Shown: positions 10,410-20,623 of the stretch, one piece after another
How positions within the stretch are numbered: position 1 is the first letter of the stretch
How the letters are laid out: the number at the start of each line of letters is the position of its first letter
Assembly: GCA_963706445.1 (NCBI GenBank)
Contig: OY970160.1
Span: 480,001 to 544,000, forward strand
DNA: 64,000 nt
Reading direction: 5' to 3'
Origin: an uncultured Nitrososphaerales archaeon
GTDB lineage: Archaea; Thermoproteota; Nitrososphaeria; Nitrososphaerales; Gagatemarchaeaceae
Notes under the pieces: generated by a model
What the model saw: only the letters and a program-made list of their open reading frames with translations
Told to the model about the DNA's origin: nothing
Databases searched by the model: none
Position numbers and translations under genes: made by a program

Positions 10410-10988
10410 CTACTGGAATCCTAGCCTCTTGAAAGAAGGCTTGGCAGCTCTAATCAGCGCGAAAGCCACGGGGATGAAGGCAAGGTCGAACAGGGTGAAG
10501 AAGTCGGCAGACGCGAGGCCGAGCGGGGTCTGATTGGCTCCCACCGAATAGGAAAAGAGGCCATACTGATAGAATGCCCAGTCCGAGAAGAAGAATGCGA
10601 GGGTTTCGAATACCGTGGCAGCGACCATGGCGATCACGAGGGTCTTCGTCCCCCTGTTCCTCGCCCACGCGACTATGAACACCTCGGGCGCCCTCGCCCA
10701 GACGATCCCGAACGGATAGATTGGCGACCCTGCTCCCCTGAATGCCACGTTGAACGCCTCCCCGATGAAGCCCCCGATGGCTGTGGCGTCGAAGGCAGTC
10801 GATGTATCGACAAGGACAGCCAGCGCGAGATAGATCGGCGGCGACCAGGTGATCTCGTAAAGGGGGGGCGGGAGGGGGATGGAGAGTATCGTGCCGAGGG
10901 CAATGAGGGCCGAGAAGATCGCTACCACCGCGAGGGTCTTCGACCTCGGCATCTCCGGCAGTGAAACCTTCCCTAGGCCGATTCCCAC
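10410..10988 (-). CDS. ECF transporter substrate-specific (S) component
   Basis: About 190 aa, hydrophobic, N-terminal AxxA-IFSAL motif and GGFIGE. Confidence 0.65.
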   Translation of the reverse strand: MGIGLGKVSLPEMPRSKTLAVVAIFSALIALGTILSIPLPPPLYEITWSPPIYLALAVLVDTSTAFDATAIGGFIGEAFNVAFRGAGSPIYPFGIVWARAPEVFIVAWARNRGTKTLVIAMVAATVFETLAFFFSDWAFYQYGLFSYSVGANQTPLGLASADFFTLFDLAFIPVAFALIRAAKPSFKRLGFQ

Positions 10989-11010
10989 GACCCGCCGGTC
11001 GGCTCCACTC

Positions 11011-11028
11011 TTATAAACAAGTGAATAA
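11011..11028. promoter_or_regulatory. Divergent promoter / putative ThiR operator
   Basis: Imperfect palindrome TTATaaAC-AA-GTgaATAA in the 40-bp gap between the ECF gene and the thiR-like gene. Confidence 0.4.
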
Positions 11029-11973
11029 ATGGCTTATACCATGCAACCCCCCGATGAGCTGATGACGGGGGTGTTCCTCCCGGCAATGCGGCAGCTCGTT
11101 GCAGGCAAGCTCAGGTCAAGGGGGCTGTCCCAGAACAGAGTCTCGTCCATCCTAGGGGTCACTCAGGCATCGGTCAGCATGTACCTCTCCTCGGGCCCCG
11201 AAAAGGCGTACCGTTTGCTGTCCAGGTTCGCCGTAACACGCAGGGCCGCTGACAGCGATGCCGAGGTCCTGGCGGACCAACTGCTGAGGGACCCTGCCGA
11301 GAGCGTCAGAGGCCTGAACTCCATCTGGACTGCCTTGCTGGGGTCAGGTGCGGCCTGCACCGCCCACCGCGAAGCCTACCCGTCGCTTGCGGGCTGCGAC
11401 TTTTGCCTCAAGGAGTACGGAAGCCGGGGCAGCTCCTTATCGGAAGCAGTGGCCCAGGTCACCCAGGCCGTCCGCCTCCTCGAAGAATCCTCACAATTCG
11501 TCGCCGTGATGCCAGAGGTCTCTGTTAACATCGCCTGCGCGGCTGCGGATGCAGCGTCCCCCGCTGATGTCGTCGCAATTCCGGGGAGGATTGTGAAGGT
11601 CAGGCAGAGGGCCAAGGCGATGTTGCCACCGGAGCCTGGCGCGTCGGCGCACATGGCCGGGGTCCTCTTAACGGCGAAGAGACGCCGGGGGGAACTCAGA
11701 GCCTGCATCAACCTCAGATATGATCCGAAGATGGCTTCCGTCCTGCGCGTTTCAGGGCTTCGCACCCTCAATCTCGGCACCCGCCGGACAGGCGGAACAT
11801 TGGCCTCCACAGCCGAGCTGCTCGAAAAGAAGATTGCCTCATCGGCGTCGTTCGACGCCGTCGTGGACGAAGGTGGAAGCGGGATAGAGCCCAATGTGTA
11901 CCTCTTCGCCAAAGGCGCCCCGGAGGTCGCCAAGCTCGCCCTGAAGCTGGCGAAGGCCTACTCAGCGGCTTAA
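11029..11973 (+). CDS. thiR: ThiR-like regulator (HTH plus ThiN thiamine-phosphate-binding domain)
   Basis: HTH LSQNRVSSILGVTQASVSMYL, then ThiN domain (MPEVSVNIA, DVVAIPGRIV, G.S.H.A..LL, DEGG.GIEP). Confidence 0.8.
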   Translation: MAYTMQPPDELMTGVFLPAMRQLVAGKLRSRGLSQNRVSSILGVTQASVSMYLSSGPEKAYRLLSRFAVTRRAADSDAEVLADQLLRDPAESVRGLNSIWTALLGSGAACTAHREAYPSLAGCDFCLKEYGSRGSSLSEAVAQVTQAVRLLEESSQFVAVMPEVSVNIACAAADAASPADVVAIPGRIVKVRQRAKAMLPPEPGASAHMAGVLLTAKRRRGELRACINLRYDPKMASVLRVSGLRTLNLGTRRTGGTLASTAELLEKKIASSASFDAVVDEGGSGIEPNVYLFAKGAPEVAKLALKLAKAYSAA

Positions 11974-13605
11974 GGACCTAAGTCTCTCGGGTTCCTTGGA
12001 AAGCCGACGCGCCCGCTTTACGCAAGCTGCCACGAACTCCACGTAGATCGGCTCGGGCCTCTCGGGCCGGCTGATGTACTCGGGGTGATACTGGGTGGCC
12101 ATGTAGAAGGGGTGCCCCTCCAGCTCCAGGATCTCCGCACGCCTTCCGCCGTCGCTGAAAGCGGTGTACTTCATCCCCTTCTCCTCGAGCTTCTTCAGGT
12201 ATGCCTGGTTCAGCTCGAACCTGTGCCTGTGCCTCTCCCTAATGGTGTCCGACCTGTAGATGTCGAAGGCCCTGCTTGGTTTCTTGACACGGATGTCGTG
12301 CCCTCCGAGCCGCATCGTCCCCCCGAGGTCGGTGACTTCGCGCTGCTCTGGGAGCAGGTCGATCACCGGGTGGGGGGTCCGCGGGTCGACTTCGGTGGTG
12401 TTCGCCCCCTTAAGTCCGAGGACGTGTCTGGCGAAAGACACACTCGCGAGCTGAAAGCCGTAGCACAGCCCTAGGAAAGGTATCTCCGCCACCCTCGCCT
12501 TGTTCGCGGCGGCTATCTTCCCCTCGACTCCCCGGCTCCCGAAGCCCTGGGGGAGGACGACCCCGTCATAGCTCTCCATAAGGTCCAACTTTGTGGCGTC
12601 CTTCTCTATCTCTTCGGACTCTATCCACGAGATCCTAGTGTTCGCCCCGTTGACCGCGCCCGCGTGCGACAATGCCTGGTTGACGCTCACATAGCTGTCG
12701 GCTAGGTTGGCGTACTTGCCCACCATGGCGATCCTAACGGTAATGTTGTGGTCCAAGAATCTGCCTGCGACAAGGTTCCATGCGGCGATGCCAAGCCTCG
12801 AACGGAGCCCGAGCTGCCTGTGGATCGGCTTCAGGACTCCCTCCCTCTCGAGGAGCCTCGGCACCTGGTAGATTGTCTCGACATCCGGGTCTGAAATTAC
12901 GTTCTCCAAGGGGACGCTGGTGAAAAGAGAGACCTTCTCTTTAGCATCCGCCGGGAGGACCCTGGTGCCTCTGATTACAAGTATGTCCGGCTGTATCCCG
13001 ATCCTTCTCATCTCCTGGACGCTGTGCTGAGTGGGTTTCGTCTTCATTTCCCCCACGACGGAGAGTTCAGGGGCGAGGGCCACGTGCAGAAAAAGCGACC
13101 TCGACATCCCCTCTTCCATCCGCATCTGCCTGAACGCCTCAAGGAAGGGGAGACTCTCTATGTCTCCCACCGTCCCACCGCACTCCACGACCAGCACGTC
13201 CACGTCCTCCCTCTCCCCCAGCTCGCGGATGCGCCGCTTGATCTCGTCGGTGATGTGGGGGATAATCTGGACGGACTTTCCCAGGAACCGCCCCCTTCGT
13301 TCGTCGTCGATCACCTTCTTGTAGATCTGTCCGGTGGTGATGTTGTTCGCCTTGCCCATGTCCCTGTTGAGGAACCTCTCGTAGTTGCCGAGGTCCATGT
13401 CCGTCTCCCCTCCATCGTCTGTTACGAAGACCTCCCCGTGGGTGTAGGGGTTCATTGTCCCCGCGTCGAAGTTTAGGTACGGGTCGATTTTCAGGCAGGT
13501 GACATCGACACCTGATAGCTGCAGCAATTTTGCCACAGAGGATGTTATGATGCCCTTGCCGAGCCCCGACATCACTCCTCCCGTGACGAAAAGATACTTC
13601 GGCAA
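11962..13605 (-). CDS. pyrG: CTP synthase
   Basis: [40 protein letters not shown] and QYHPE motifs. Confidence 0.97.
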   Translation of the reverse strand: MPKYLFVTGGVMSGLGKGIITSSVAKLLQLSGVDVTCLKIDPYLNFDAGTMNPYTHGEVFVTDDGGETDMDLGNYERFLNRDMGKANNITTGQIYKKVIDDERRGRFLGKSVQIIPHITDEIKRRIRELGEREDVDVLVVECGGTVGDIESLPFLEAFRQMRMEEGMSRSLFLHVALAPELSVVGEMKTKPTQHSVQEMRRIGIQPDILVIRGTRVLPADAKEKVSLFTSVPLENVISDPDVETIYQVPRLLEREGVLKPIHRQLGLRSRLGIAAWNLVAGRFLDHNITVRIAMVGKYANLADSYVSVNQALSHAGAVNGANTRISWIESEEIEKDATKLDLMESYDGVVLPQGFGSRGVEGKIAAANKARVAEIPFLGLCYGFQLASVSFARHVLGLKGANTTEVDPRTPHPVIDLLPEQREVTDLGGTMRLGGHDIRVKKPSRAFDIYRSDTIRERHRHRFELNQAYLKKLEEKGMKYTAFSDGGRRAEILELEGHPFYMATQYHPEYISRPERPEPIYVEFVAACVKRARRLSKEPERLRSLSR

Positions 13606-13656
13606 GACTGCAGCAAAGAGCCCTTTGTAATTAAGCGTTTTCCGAGGTCCGGAGGT

Positions 13657-14646
13657 CTACGCGACCTGCTGAGTTATCACGGCCAGATCCGATACGTCGA
13701 TCAGGAGCTTGCTGACCCGCTCGAGCGTCGCCAAAGTCTCTGTCGTCGCGCCGTCGTCATCCGATGGGGTCTTTGCGAGGGCCGCGAGTTTGTCGCTCAC
13801 TTCCTGAGCGAGCGCGTTCACCTGCTTGCTGATGGTCCTCTGTCTGCTCACCCTCCTTGTGATGAACCCTTGTGTGGCCAGGTCGTTCATCGACTTCAGC
13901 TTCAAGACCAGGGACGAATACTCCCTCGCGAGCTCCTTCGACCCGACCCTCCCGTGAAGCTTACGCGACAGGTCGGTGACCGCGTCCCCGATGCTCTCCA
14001 TGAAACTGGCCAGGACCCGGTAGTCGAGGAGGTCCACCGGAGATAGTCCATACCCCTCCGCCATTTCTGGCCTGACGATGGCAGCTCTTGTCGCGCGTAC
14101 CAGCAGGAAATACAGTCTGTCTACCTCGTCATCCCTTTCCCCAGCAAGGGCCAGGAGCTTCGCGTCACCCTTCGCCAGGGCCTCCGCCATATCCTTGAGC
14201 ATCCCGTCGAGGAGCCCCGACATCCTCAGGACTATCTTCTCCGGTACGATTACAGTGGGCTCAAGGAGGAATTGCATGGTAATCCGCTTCGAGTCCTCGT
14301 CCATTATCTCGAGCCCGACTAGCCTGCCGATGGCAGACTTGATGGCGGCCCTGTCTTCCCTGCTGATGACCTTGCTCCCAACGACCTTGATCACGTCGAA
14401 TCCAAGAAGGTAGGCCCCTGTCAGGTCGTTGGTGACCTGGCTGACGTCTTCCCCGGGGTAGTCAATCGCGATCTGCTTCGGCTCGTCCCCCTTCCTCTCA
14501 TACGGACTGACCAGCAGCTTTCGGGCCGAGATCTCCTCTACCGAAATTGTGGCGCCCTTCTTGATTCCGTTCTTCTTCACCCATTCCTTCGGTAGAGAGA
14601 TGAGGATAGTGCCCTTGCCCATCTCTATCGCCTTCCTTCCTTCCAT
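13657..14646 (-). CDS. phoU: AbrB-PhoU phosphate uptake regulator
   Basis: ISLPKEWV AbrB domain, RDDEVDRLYFL and ESIGD PhoU motifs. Confidence 0.85.
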   Translation of the reverse strand: MEGRKAIEMGKGTILISLPKEWVKKNGIKKGATISVEEISARKLLVSPYERKGDEPKQIAIDYPGEDVSQVTNDLTGAYLLGFDVIKVVGSKVISREDRAAIKSAIGRLVGLEIMDEDSKRITMQFLLEPTVIVPEKIVLRMSGLLDGMLKDMAEALAKGDAKLLALAGERDDEVDRLYFLLVRATRAAIVRPEMAEGYGLSPVDLLDYRVLASFMESIGDAVTDLSRKLHGRVGSKELAREYSSLVLKLKSMNDLATQGFITRRVSRQRTISKQVNALAQEVSDKLAALAKTPSDDDGATTETLATLERVSKLLIDVSDLAVITQQVA

Positions 14647-14675
14647 GTGTGGAGGTGCCTTGAATCTCTGTATAT

Positions 14676-15140
14676 CTATTTACTTTCAGATACGTCCACG
14701 GTGCTCCCCCCGGCGAGCCTGACCAGGTCCTTGGGCTGCATCCTGAAGACCAGATTCGGAGCGCCTCCCGCTGCCCAGACCTGTTGAAACCGCTCGATGG
14801 AGGCGTCCACGAGGGCCACCACGCCTTCGATGTGCGGAAAAGGCGGCACCCCGCCGATCGGATACCCGGTCCTCTCCCTGACCTCGTCGGGGCTCGCCCT
14901 CTTCACGGGTCCGCCCACCATCTTCTCCAGCCTGGCCTCGTCCACCCGCTTGTCTCCTGATATGATTACTACCGAGGTCCTGTCCCCGACGAAGACTACG
15001 CTCTTCGCTATCTCCGCGACCGTACACCCAAGAGCCTGCGCTGCGAGAGCTGAATTCTTGGTGCTCTCTCCGAACTCCTTCACCTGATAGGACGCACCGG
15101 ACTTTGACAGGAATTCCGCTACCCTCTCCCGGCTCCCCAA
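14676..15140 (-). CDS. YbaK/EbsC aminoacyl-tRNA deacylase
   Basis: AA.ALGC...EIAKS and TGYPIGGVPPF motifs. Confidence 0.9.
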   Translation of the reverse strand: MGSRERVAEFLSKSGASYQVKEFGESTKNSALAAQALGCTVAEIAKSVVFVGDRTSVVIISGDKRVDEARLEKMVGGPVKRASPDEVRERTGYPIGGVPPFPHIEGVVALVDASIERFQQVWAAGGAPNLVFRMQPKDLVRLAGGSTVDVSESK

Positions 15141-15150
15141 TCCGGCTTAC

Positions 15151-15459
15151 CTACTGAACGGGCTGGACTGGTTTGTTGACCTGCTTGTTCACTGCGTCCG
15201 CAAGGTAATGCCCCCTCAGCGTGACCTTTGCCTCCTTGACGCCGGGGACGGACAGGAGTCCTGCCTTGATGTCGGCCGCTATCTTGAGTGCGAACACGGG
15301 AGGACAGAACGGCGCGGTAAGGTGGAACTCTAGGTCCACGTTCCCTTCGGTGACCGTCATCTTGTCGATCAGCTTCAGGTCGGTTATCGGACGTCCAAGC
15401 TCGGGGTCCATGATCTTCGACATTGCAGCGTTGATCGCCGACTCTTCCACTTGAGACAA
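15151..15459 (-). CDS. DUF59/SufT (MIP18-like) Fe-S cluster assembly protein
   Basis: DPEL...ITDL.LI and LTAPFCP motifs. Confidence 0.9.
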   Translation of the reverse strand: MSQVEESAINAAMSKIMDPELGRPITDLKLIDKMTVTEGNVDLEFHLTAPFCPPVFALKIAADIKAGLLSVPGVKEAKVTLRGHYLADAVNKQVNKPVQPVQ

Positions 15460-15517
15460 GCCTGAAAATCGGGCTCAACTGCTTATTTATCCGTTTGGAG
15501 CCGCGGACCGCCGTCGT

Positions 15518-16135
15518 TTGTCCCTGATATCATCTTTCTTCTCATTTGACGCCGTCCTTTTTGTCGAAGCCTTCGTGTTACTGTTCGCCGTCATCGACGC
15601 CATCGGGACAGTCCCTATCTTCGTGCCACTTACCGCCAACTACCCCGAGGACCGAAAGAGGATCCTCAGGCAGGCCATGCTGATCTCCACGTCAATCTTG
15701 GTTGTGTTCACACTGTTCGGATGGCTCATCTTCGACATATTCGGGATCACCATCGACGACTTCCGAATCGCAGGGGGCATCATCCTCTTCGTCGTCGCCG
15801 TAGACCGCCTAAGGGGAGCGGACATCAGGGCCCGTGGGCTCCAACCTTCGGACGTCGCAGCCTTCCCCCTGGCCACGCCGCTGCTCGCTGGACCGGGTGC
15901 CATCTCCACGGTCATAATAATCTCCGGGCCCCCCTACTCCCCCTTCCTTGCACTCGTCGTCGGTTGCAACGCCGTGCTCGCTTTCCTCATCCTGTCTAGC
16001 TCGAACTGGGTCAGGAAGTTTCTGGGGGCGAACGGCACCAACGCTCTTTCACGGATAACCGCACTGCTCATCGCGTCCCTCGCGGTGCCTTTCATCATCG
16101 CAGGCATCACGGACGTAGTCGCCTCCCTGAAATGA
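15518..16135 (+). CDS. MarC family membrane protein
   Basis: D.IG.VP.F, FRIAGGIILF and PLATPLLAGPGAI motifs. Confidence 0.92.
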   Translation: MSLISSFFSFDAVLFVEAFVLLFAVIDAIGTVPIFVPLTANYPEDRKRILRQAMLISTSILVVFTLFGWLIFDIFGITIDDFRIAGGIILFVVAVDRLRGADIRARGLQPSDVAAFPLATPLLAGPGAISTVIIISGPPYSPFLALVVGCNAVLAFLILSSSNWVRKFLGANGTNALSRITALLIASLAVPFIIAGITDVVASLK

Positions 16136-16413
16136 TCACTTTGTCAAAAGCGGTCCACGTCAAGATTAGGGGCCTCGTCCACGGGGTATCATTCCGTTCC
16201 AGCATGGCCCAGAAGGCCACCTTCCTTGGAGTGAGGGGGTGGGTCAGGAACCTGCCGGACGGCTCGGTCGAAGCGTTCCTAGAAGGAGACGAGCGGAACC
16301 TGAAGAAGGTCCTGAACTGGGCGAGGACGGGCCCCCCGAGGGCCAGGGTTGACGATTTCGTGATCGAGCCCGCTACCCCGCGGAACCACCGCGACTTCAG
16401 GATCCACGGTTAG
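16132..16413 (+). CDS. acyP: Acylphosphatase
   Basis: G.V.GV.FR, GWVRNLPDGSVE and GPPRARV motifs. Confidence 0.92.
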   Translation: MITLSKAVHVKIRGLVHGVSFRSSMAQKATFLGVRGWVRNLPDGSVEAFLEGDERNLKKVLNWARTGPPRARVDDFVIEPATPRNHRDFRIHG

Positions 16414-17615
16414 CTCTTCTGAAACGACTCCCATCGCGCGTCCAAGTTTATATCGCCCAATGCGGCGATGACCTGGTCCCCGAACTCCATCGCGCTGGCG
16501 CCCCCGGCGCGCCCTGTGATGACCGCCTTACGGTCGTAGGTTGCGCACATGTCGAGCGCTCTGGCGAGCCTCTGGCTCTGCGCCATCATCCCGACGTGCT
16601 CGAGCATCATGACCGCCGCGCGCATCAGGCTCAGCGGGTCGGCGTAGTCTCCTCTCCCTTCGATGATCATCCTGGGGGCGGACCCATGTATCGCTTCGAA
16701 CATGCCGAACCTCGCTCCGAGGTTAGCGCTCCCTGCAGTCCCGACCCCTCCCTGAAGCTCGGCGGCTTCGTCCGTTACGATGTCACCATAGAGGTTCGGG
16801 AGCACGACGACCTCGAACTCCCTCCTCCTCTTCTCGTCGATGAGCTTCGCGGTGAACACGTCGATGTACCATCCGTCCCATGAAATCTCGGGGTATTCCT
16901 TCGCCACCCTCTTGGCCGTCTCGAGGAAGAGGCCGTCCGTAGTCTTGATCACGTTCGCCTTGGTGACGACTGTCACCTTCTTCCTGTGGGTCTTCTTCGC
17001 ATGCTCGAAGGCGAGCCTGATGATCCTCTCAGCCCCCGGCCTTGTTATCACCTTGAAGTCGAGCGCCATCTCAGGTGTCACCATGAGCCCCTTGCTCCCG
17101 AGGACGTACTCCCCCTCTGTGTTCTCCCTGAAGAAGACCCAGTCGATCCCTTCGGCAGGTATCCTCACCGGCCTGACGTTGGCGAAGAGGTCGAAGGCCT
17201 TCCTGATGGCGATGTTCGCGCTCTCGATGTTCGGCACTCCGCTCCCCTCCTCCGGGGTGGTCGTGGGACCCTTCAGTAGGACGTGGCATTTCTTGATTGC
17301 GGACAGCACATCTTCTGGAAGCGCCTGCATTAGCTTGATCCTCCGCTCGATGGTGAGCCCTTCAATTTCCCTGATCTCGACCTTCCCTGATTTGATTTCG
17401 TCTTTCAGCAGCTCAGTGATTACGCGGGTCGTCTCCTTTGCTATTATGGGGCCAATCCCGTCCCCTCCTATCACCCCGATCACAAGCCTGTCAAGCTTGG
17501 TGTAATCCAACCATTCGACTGGCTTACTGATTCTCTGTACTCTTTCGGCCTGTTCCTGAAGCAGCTTCCGGATGTGCTCAAGGGCCGCATCGAAGTTCGC
17601 GTCTGGGGTAGGCAT
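16410..17615 (-). CDS. Isocitrate/isopropylmalate dehydrogenase family protein (start MPTPD; upstream extension in the ORF track is spurious)
   Basis: GDGIGP, KGPTTTP, DLFANVRP, RENTEG, NLYGDI and FEAIHGSAP motifs. Confidence 0.9.
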   Translation of the reverse strand: MPTPDANFDAALEHIRKLLQEQAERVQRISKPVEWLDYTKLDRLVIGVIGGDGIGPIIAKETTRVITELLKDEIKSGKVEIREIEGLTIERRIKLMQALPEDVLSAIKKCHVLLKGPTTTPEEGSGVPNIESANIAIRKAFDLFANVRPVRIPAEGIDWVFFRENTEGEYVLGSKGLMVTPEMALDFKVITRPGAERIIRLAFEHAKKTHRKKVTVVTKANVIKTTDGLFLETAKRVAKEYPEISWDGWYIDVFTAKLIDEKRRREFEVVVLPNLYGDIVTDEAAELQGGVGTAGSANLGARFGMFEAIHGSAPRMIIEGRGDYADPLSLMRAAVMMLEHVGMMAQSQRLARALDMCATYDRKAVITGRAGGASAMEFGDQVIAALGDINLDARWESFQKS

Positions 17616-17674
17616 ACAGCCCGAGCCTTTCAACTGTGGATTAAAATGTGCTACCGAAGATGTTCGAGGCGCGG

Positions 17675-18406
17675 CTAGTCGAGGGCATTGGGATGCTGCC
17701 TCCGCCAGAGGGCCCTGAGAACGGGGGTCGAAATCAGTGAACCGACGATTGTGAAGAAGGTTCTCTCTATCGGGTACAGGGCAAAGAACCCAGGGACCAG
17801 CGTTTGCTGCCAGGTCTGGAGGGAAATGACCTGGTAGACCCTCACCGCGAGCTCCTGCCCGACCAGCGTGCCCGTCAGTTGGCCGCAGAGGAGGGCGCCG
17901 AATGTCACGCCGACAACGAAGACCGGGCTGAGCTTGCTGATCCTTCCTGCCTTCTCGAGCAACAGGACCACCCCAAGAGCAATCAGCGCGATCATGTGCA
18001 GCCAGGTGAAAGGCACACGACCGACGAACAAGACTGAGATGGGGTCCAGCCAGTACAACGCCAATATCGCTATCGGGAGACCAAGAGCAGCCTTCCACTT
18101 CCCCGCGTAAGCAAATCCAGCCGTCCCGACCGTAGCGAGGTCCGCGGCCATGATGGCAAAGCCGGTGCTACCTAGAGAAATGTATCCAGCATAGGCATCC
18201 AACAAGTCTCCAGCCAGGGCTGAGAATCCTCCGACGAAGGGTCCGAAAATCATCCCAGCGAGGGGGGTGACGAAGTTACTTGCTGTCAGGAAATTGCCCG
18301 GACCCATCAGAAGCTGGGAAATGGGAATCGTCCCCAGCACTGCGTATAGTGCCGCGAAGACTGCAGCAGCCGCCACGTAGGCTGTCCTGCGCTTCAGCCG
18401 AAGCAA
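17675..18406 (-). CDS. Multi-pass membrane protein, ECF S-component-like
   Basis: AAVFAALY and PLAGMIFGPFVGG motifs; 6-7 TM helices. Confidence 0.55.
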   Translation of the reverse strand: MLRLKRRTAYVAAAAVFAALYAVLGTIPISQLLMGPGNFLTASNFVTPLAGMIFGPFVGGFSALAGDLLDAYAGYISLGSTGFAIMAADLATVGTAGFAYAGKWKAALGLPIAILALYWLDPISVLFVGRVPFTWLHMIALIALGVVLLLEKAGRISKLSPVFVVGVTFGALLCGQLTGTLVGQELAVRVYQVISLQTWQQTLVPGFFALYPIERTFFTIVGSLISTPVLRALWRRQHPNALD

Positions 18407-18511
18407 TGGCCAAGACCCTCAGGTGGAAGGCTTAACACTTTCACGAAAGTCCCTTTCATGCGAGTCCGTCCCCGCTAACGTTTTTAGTGCAACTTTCATG
18501 GACTCTCATCA

Positions 18512-19039
18512 ATGGCTGCTGTCGACAGGGACACCAAGAAGGCCGCCGAGCTCAAGCTCTGGCTCGAGGAGAGGATCGCCCAGCTTCAGGACGAGTTGGA
18601 AAGGCTGACCGAGACCCTCGGGTATGTTGATACTACCTTGAGAGCTTCGACGTTCAAACAGGCCAGTGAGATGATGGCCGAGGCGAAGGAAGCCCCGGAG
18701 GTCAGGGAACTCAAGCGGGACAAAGGAGGGCAGGTCATAGCAAGGGCGTCGATAAGCACCGACGCGGTCGCCATCGAACCGAGCGGTGTAGTGCTGAAGT
18801 CCTCGACCCCCCCGTTCAAGTCGTTCCTCATGGGGAAGATACTCCAGGGGATGAAGGCGAAAGACGAAGAGCTAGTCAAAGCGGGGAAGCTCGCCAAGGG
18901 GACGGAGCTGCGCTTTGACGTGGAAGAGTCCAACGGGACCATCGGGAAGGTCATCATAGAGAACTACAGGGAGAAGACGCGTCTGAACGAGATCCTCAGC
19001 ACTGTCTCCTGGACGTTCTCCAGGATGCTTGAGAAGTAA
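18512..19039 (+). CDS. Hypothetical coiled-coil protein
   Basis: Strong codon bias, N-terminal coiled coil, TATA-like TTTTTA at 18481. Confidence 0.75.
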   Translation: MAAVDRDTKKAAELKLWLEERIAQLQDELERLTETLGYVDTTLRASTFKQASEMMAEAKEAPEVRELKRDKGGQVIARASISTDAVAIEPSGVVLKSSTPPFKSFLMGKILQGMKAKDEELVKAGKLAKGTELRFDVEESNGTIGKVIIENYREKTRLNEILSTVSWTFSRMLEK

Positions 19040-19047
19040 GCATAGAA

Positions 19048-20001
19048 TCAGCCGAGCGCCTGCGCCAAAGTGGGAGGAGTCAGCTCCCTGCTCCCGAGAT
19101 ACAACCTCGCCGCCTTATTCGCGAACGCGAGTCTTTCTGATTCGTCCATTCCCTTCAGCCTCCCGTAGATTGCACCAGCGTCCCAGACATCCCCGGCGCC
19201 TGTCAACCTCCTCGAGTTGATCCTCCTGACCTTGGCTCTGCTTACCCTCGTTCCTTCGCTCGAATAGGAGGCCTCGATTCCGTGCAGATCGAACACGACA
19301 CCGAGCTTCCTCGCGGTCTCCTTGCAGACCTCGGCGGGGTCGTCGGACTCGATCCCTAGCAACTTTGCAGCTGCTAGTGCCTCGATTTCATTCATGCTCA
19401 CCCAGTCGACAAGCCGCCTCTCCTCGATCAGGTCAAGGACCCCCCTGAACCCCTGAGGGTTGTCCCGAAAGTCAGCAGGGTCCATGAATATTGGCTTCTC
19501 AGGCCCGAGCCGCCGCCGCAGCGCCTTCAGCAGTTCCGTGCCCTTCGTGTTAGCCGCCCAGTTCACAGAGCAGACCAGTTGTGACGAGCGGAGAGCCTCC
19601 CAGTCGTCCGCGTCGAGGCGGCTCGGGCCGAAGTCCGAAGCTCCCTTCCCGTCGCCGATCATCACATTCACCTTCTCCTCATAGGCCACGGTCAGGCCGG
19701 CGGGAAATGGCTTGACCCTGACCTCCGCCCTCAGGCCGACGAAGGCCTGCTCCAGCAGCGCCTCGTGGGTCTTCTCGCTGTGGGTGATCAGCAGCGTCTT
19801 CAGACCGAGCCTTGCGAGGGCGTGGGCGAGGTTCACCGCGTTCCCTCCCCTGACCTCTTCCTGGACGGTGCCATGGATCCCTCCGCCCCCTGACGACGCC
19901 TTTTCGGCGATGGAGCCCATCATCTGGGGGATCGCGTCGACGTGGACGAGCCTGTCCACGAAGTAGTCGTGCATCACAGCGACGTCGAACTTCTTGGCCA
20001 A
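19048..20001 (-). CDS. PfkB-family carbohydrate kinase
   Basis: GGNAVN.A.ALARLG, NEIE and TGAGD motifs. Confidence 0.88.
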   Translation of the reverse strand: MAKKFDVAVMHDYFVDRLVHVDAIPQMMGSIAEKASSGGGGIHGTVQEEVRGGNAVNLAHALARLGLKTLLITHSEKTHEALLEQAFVGLRAEVRVKPFPAGLTVAYEEKVNVMIGDGKGASDFGPSRLDADDWEALRSSQLVCSVNWAANTKGTELLKALRRRLGPEKPIFMDPADFRDNPQGFRGVLDLIEERRLVDWVSMNEIEALAAAKLLGIESDDPAEVCKETARKLGVVFDLHGIEASYSSEGTRVSRAKVRRINSRRLTGAGDVWDAGAIYGRLKGMDESERLAFANKAARLYLGSRELTPPTLAQALG

Positions 20002-20002
20002 C

Positions 20003-20509
20003 TCACTTCAGAATCTTTATACTTCTGATGACCTTTAATCCGTGCAGCTCTTCCATCGCCTGCCCCGTAAGCTGCCCCTCGACCACCATGGTCATCTTCG
20101 CGTCTGGGACCATCTCTGGGTCTTCGGCGACAGCCTGCCTGACGACCATCCCATGCCGCGACAGGATCTCGGCGACCCCTGCCATTACCCCCGGGGACTT
20201 TGGATCGGCTTCTATCACAATGGCGGTGTACCCTAGCTGCGACACCACGTTGACCAGGCTGGTCCCCAGGGGCTTGGTCATCGAGAAAAGCGAGAACAAG
20301 TACCTGTTCCTGCGTATCTGCTGGGCCGTCTGCTTGACCACGCGCCTGTCGACGTCGAGGGCCCGGGCGACCGCCGAATAGTCCACCTCTATGTCATCGA
20401 CGTAGATCTTCTCGTCGTCGGAGACGCGCATCCCGCACTGTATCATCTTCCTAACTATCTCAGGCCTCACCACTTGCCGTTCGAACTGCTTCCTGACGTT
20501 TACCCACAT
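20003..20509 (-). CDS. ACT-domain regulator of amino acid metabolism
   Basis: [14 protein letters not shown] plus C-terminal ACT domain ([18 protein letters not shown]). Confidence 0.85.
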   Translation of the reverse strand: MWVNVRKQFERQVVRPEIVRKMIQCGMRVSDDEKIYVDDIEVDYSAVARALDVDRRVVKQTAQQIRRNRYLFSLFSMTKPLGTSLVNVVSQLGYTAIVIEADPKSPGVMAGVAEILSRHGMVVRQAVAEDPEMVPDAKMTMVVEGQLTGQAMEELHGLKVIRSIKILK

Positions 20510-20623
20510 GCCATTTATGTACCAAAACGTACACTATTGAGCTTTGTTGACAGATTCCGCTTCAAGCGGGGTGCTCAACTTTGGTCAGGATTTGATTTAA
20601 CCCCCGCGAAGCCGACCATTTCC

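Noticed and set aside
17616-18098. 160-aa N-terminal extension on the dehydrogenase ORF
   Set aside because: It overlaps the real membrane-protein gene in another frame; a TATA box near 17640 supports the ATG at 17615
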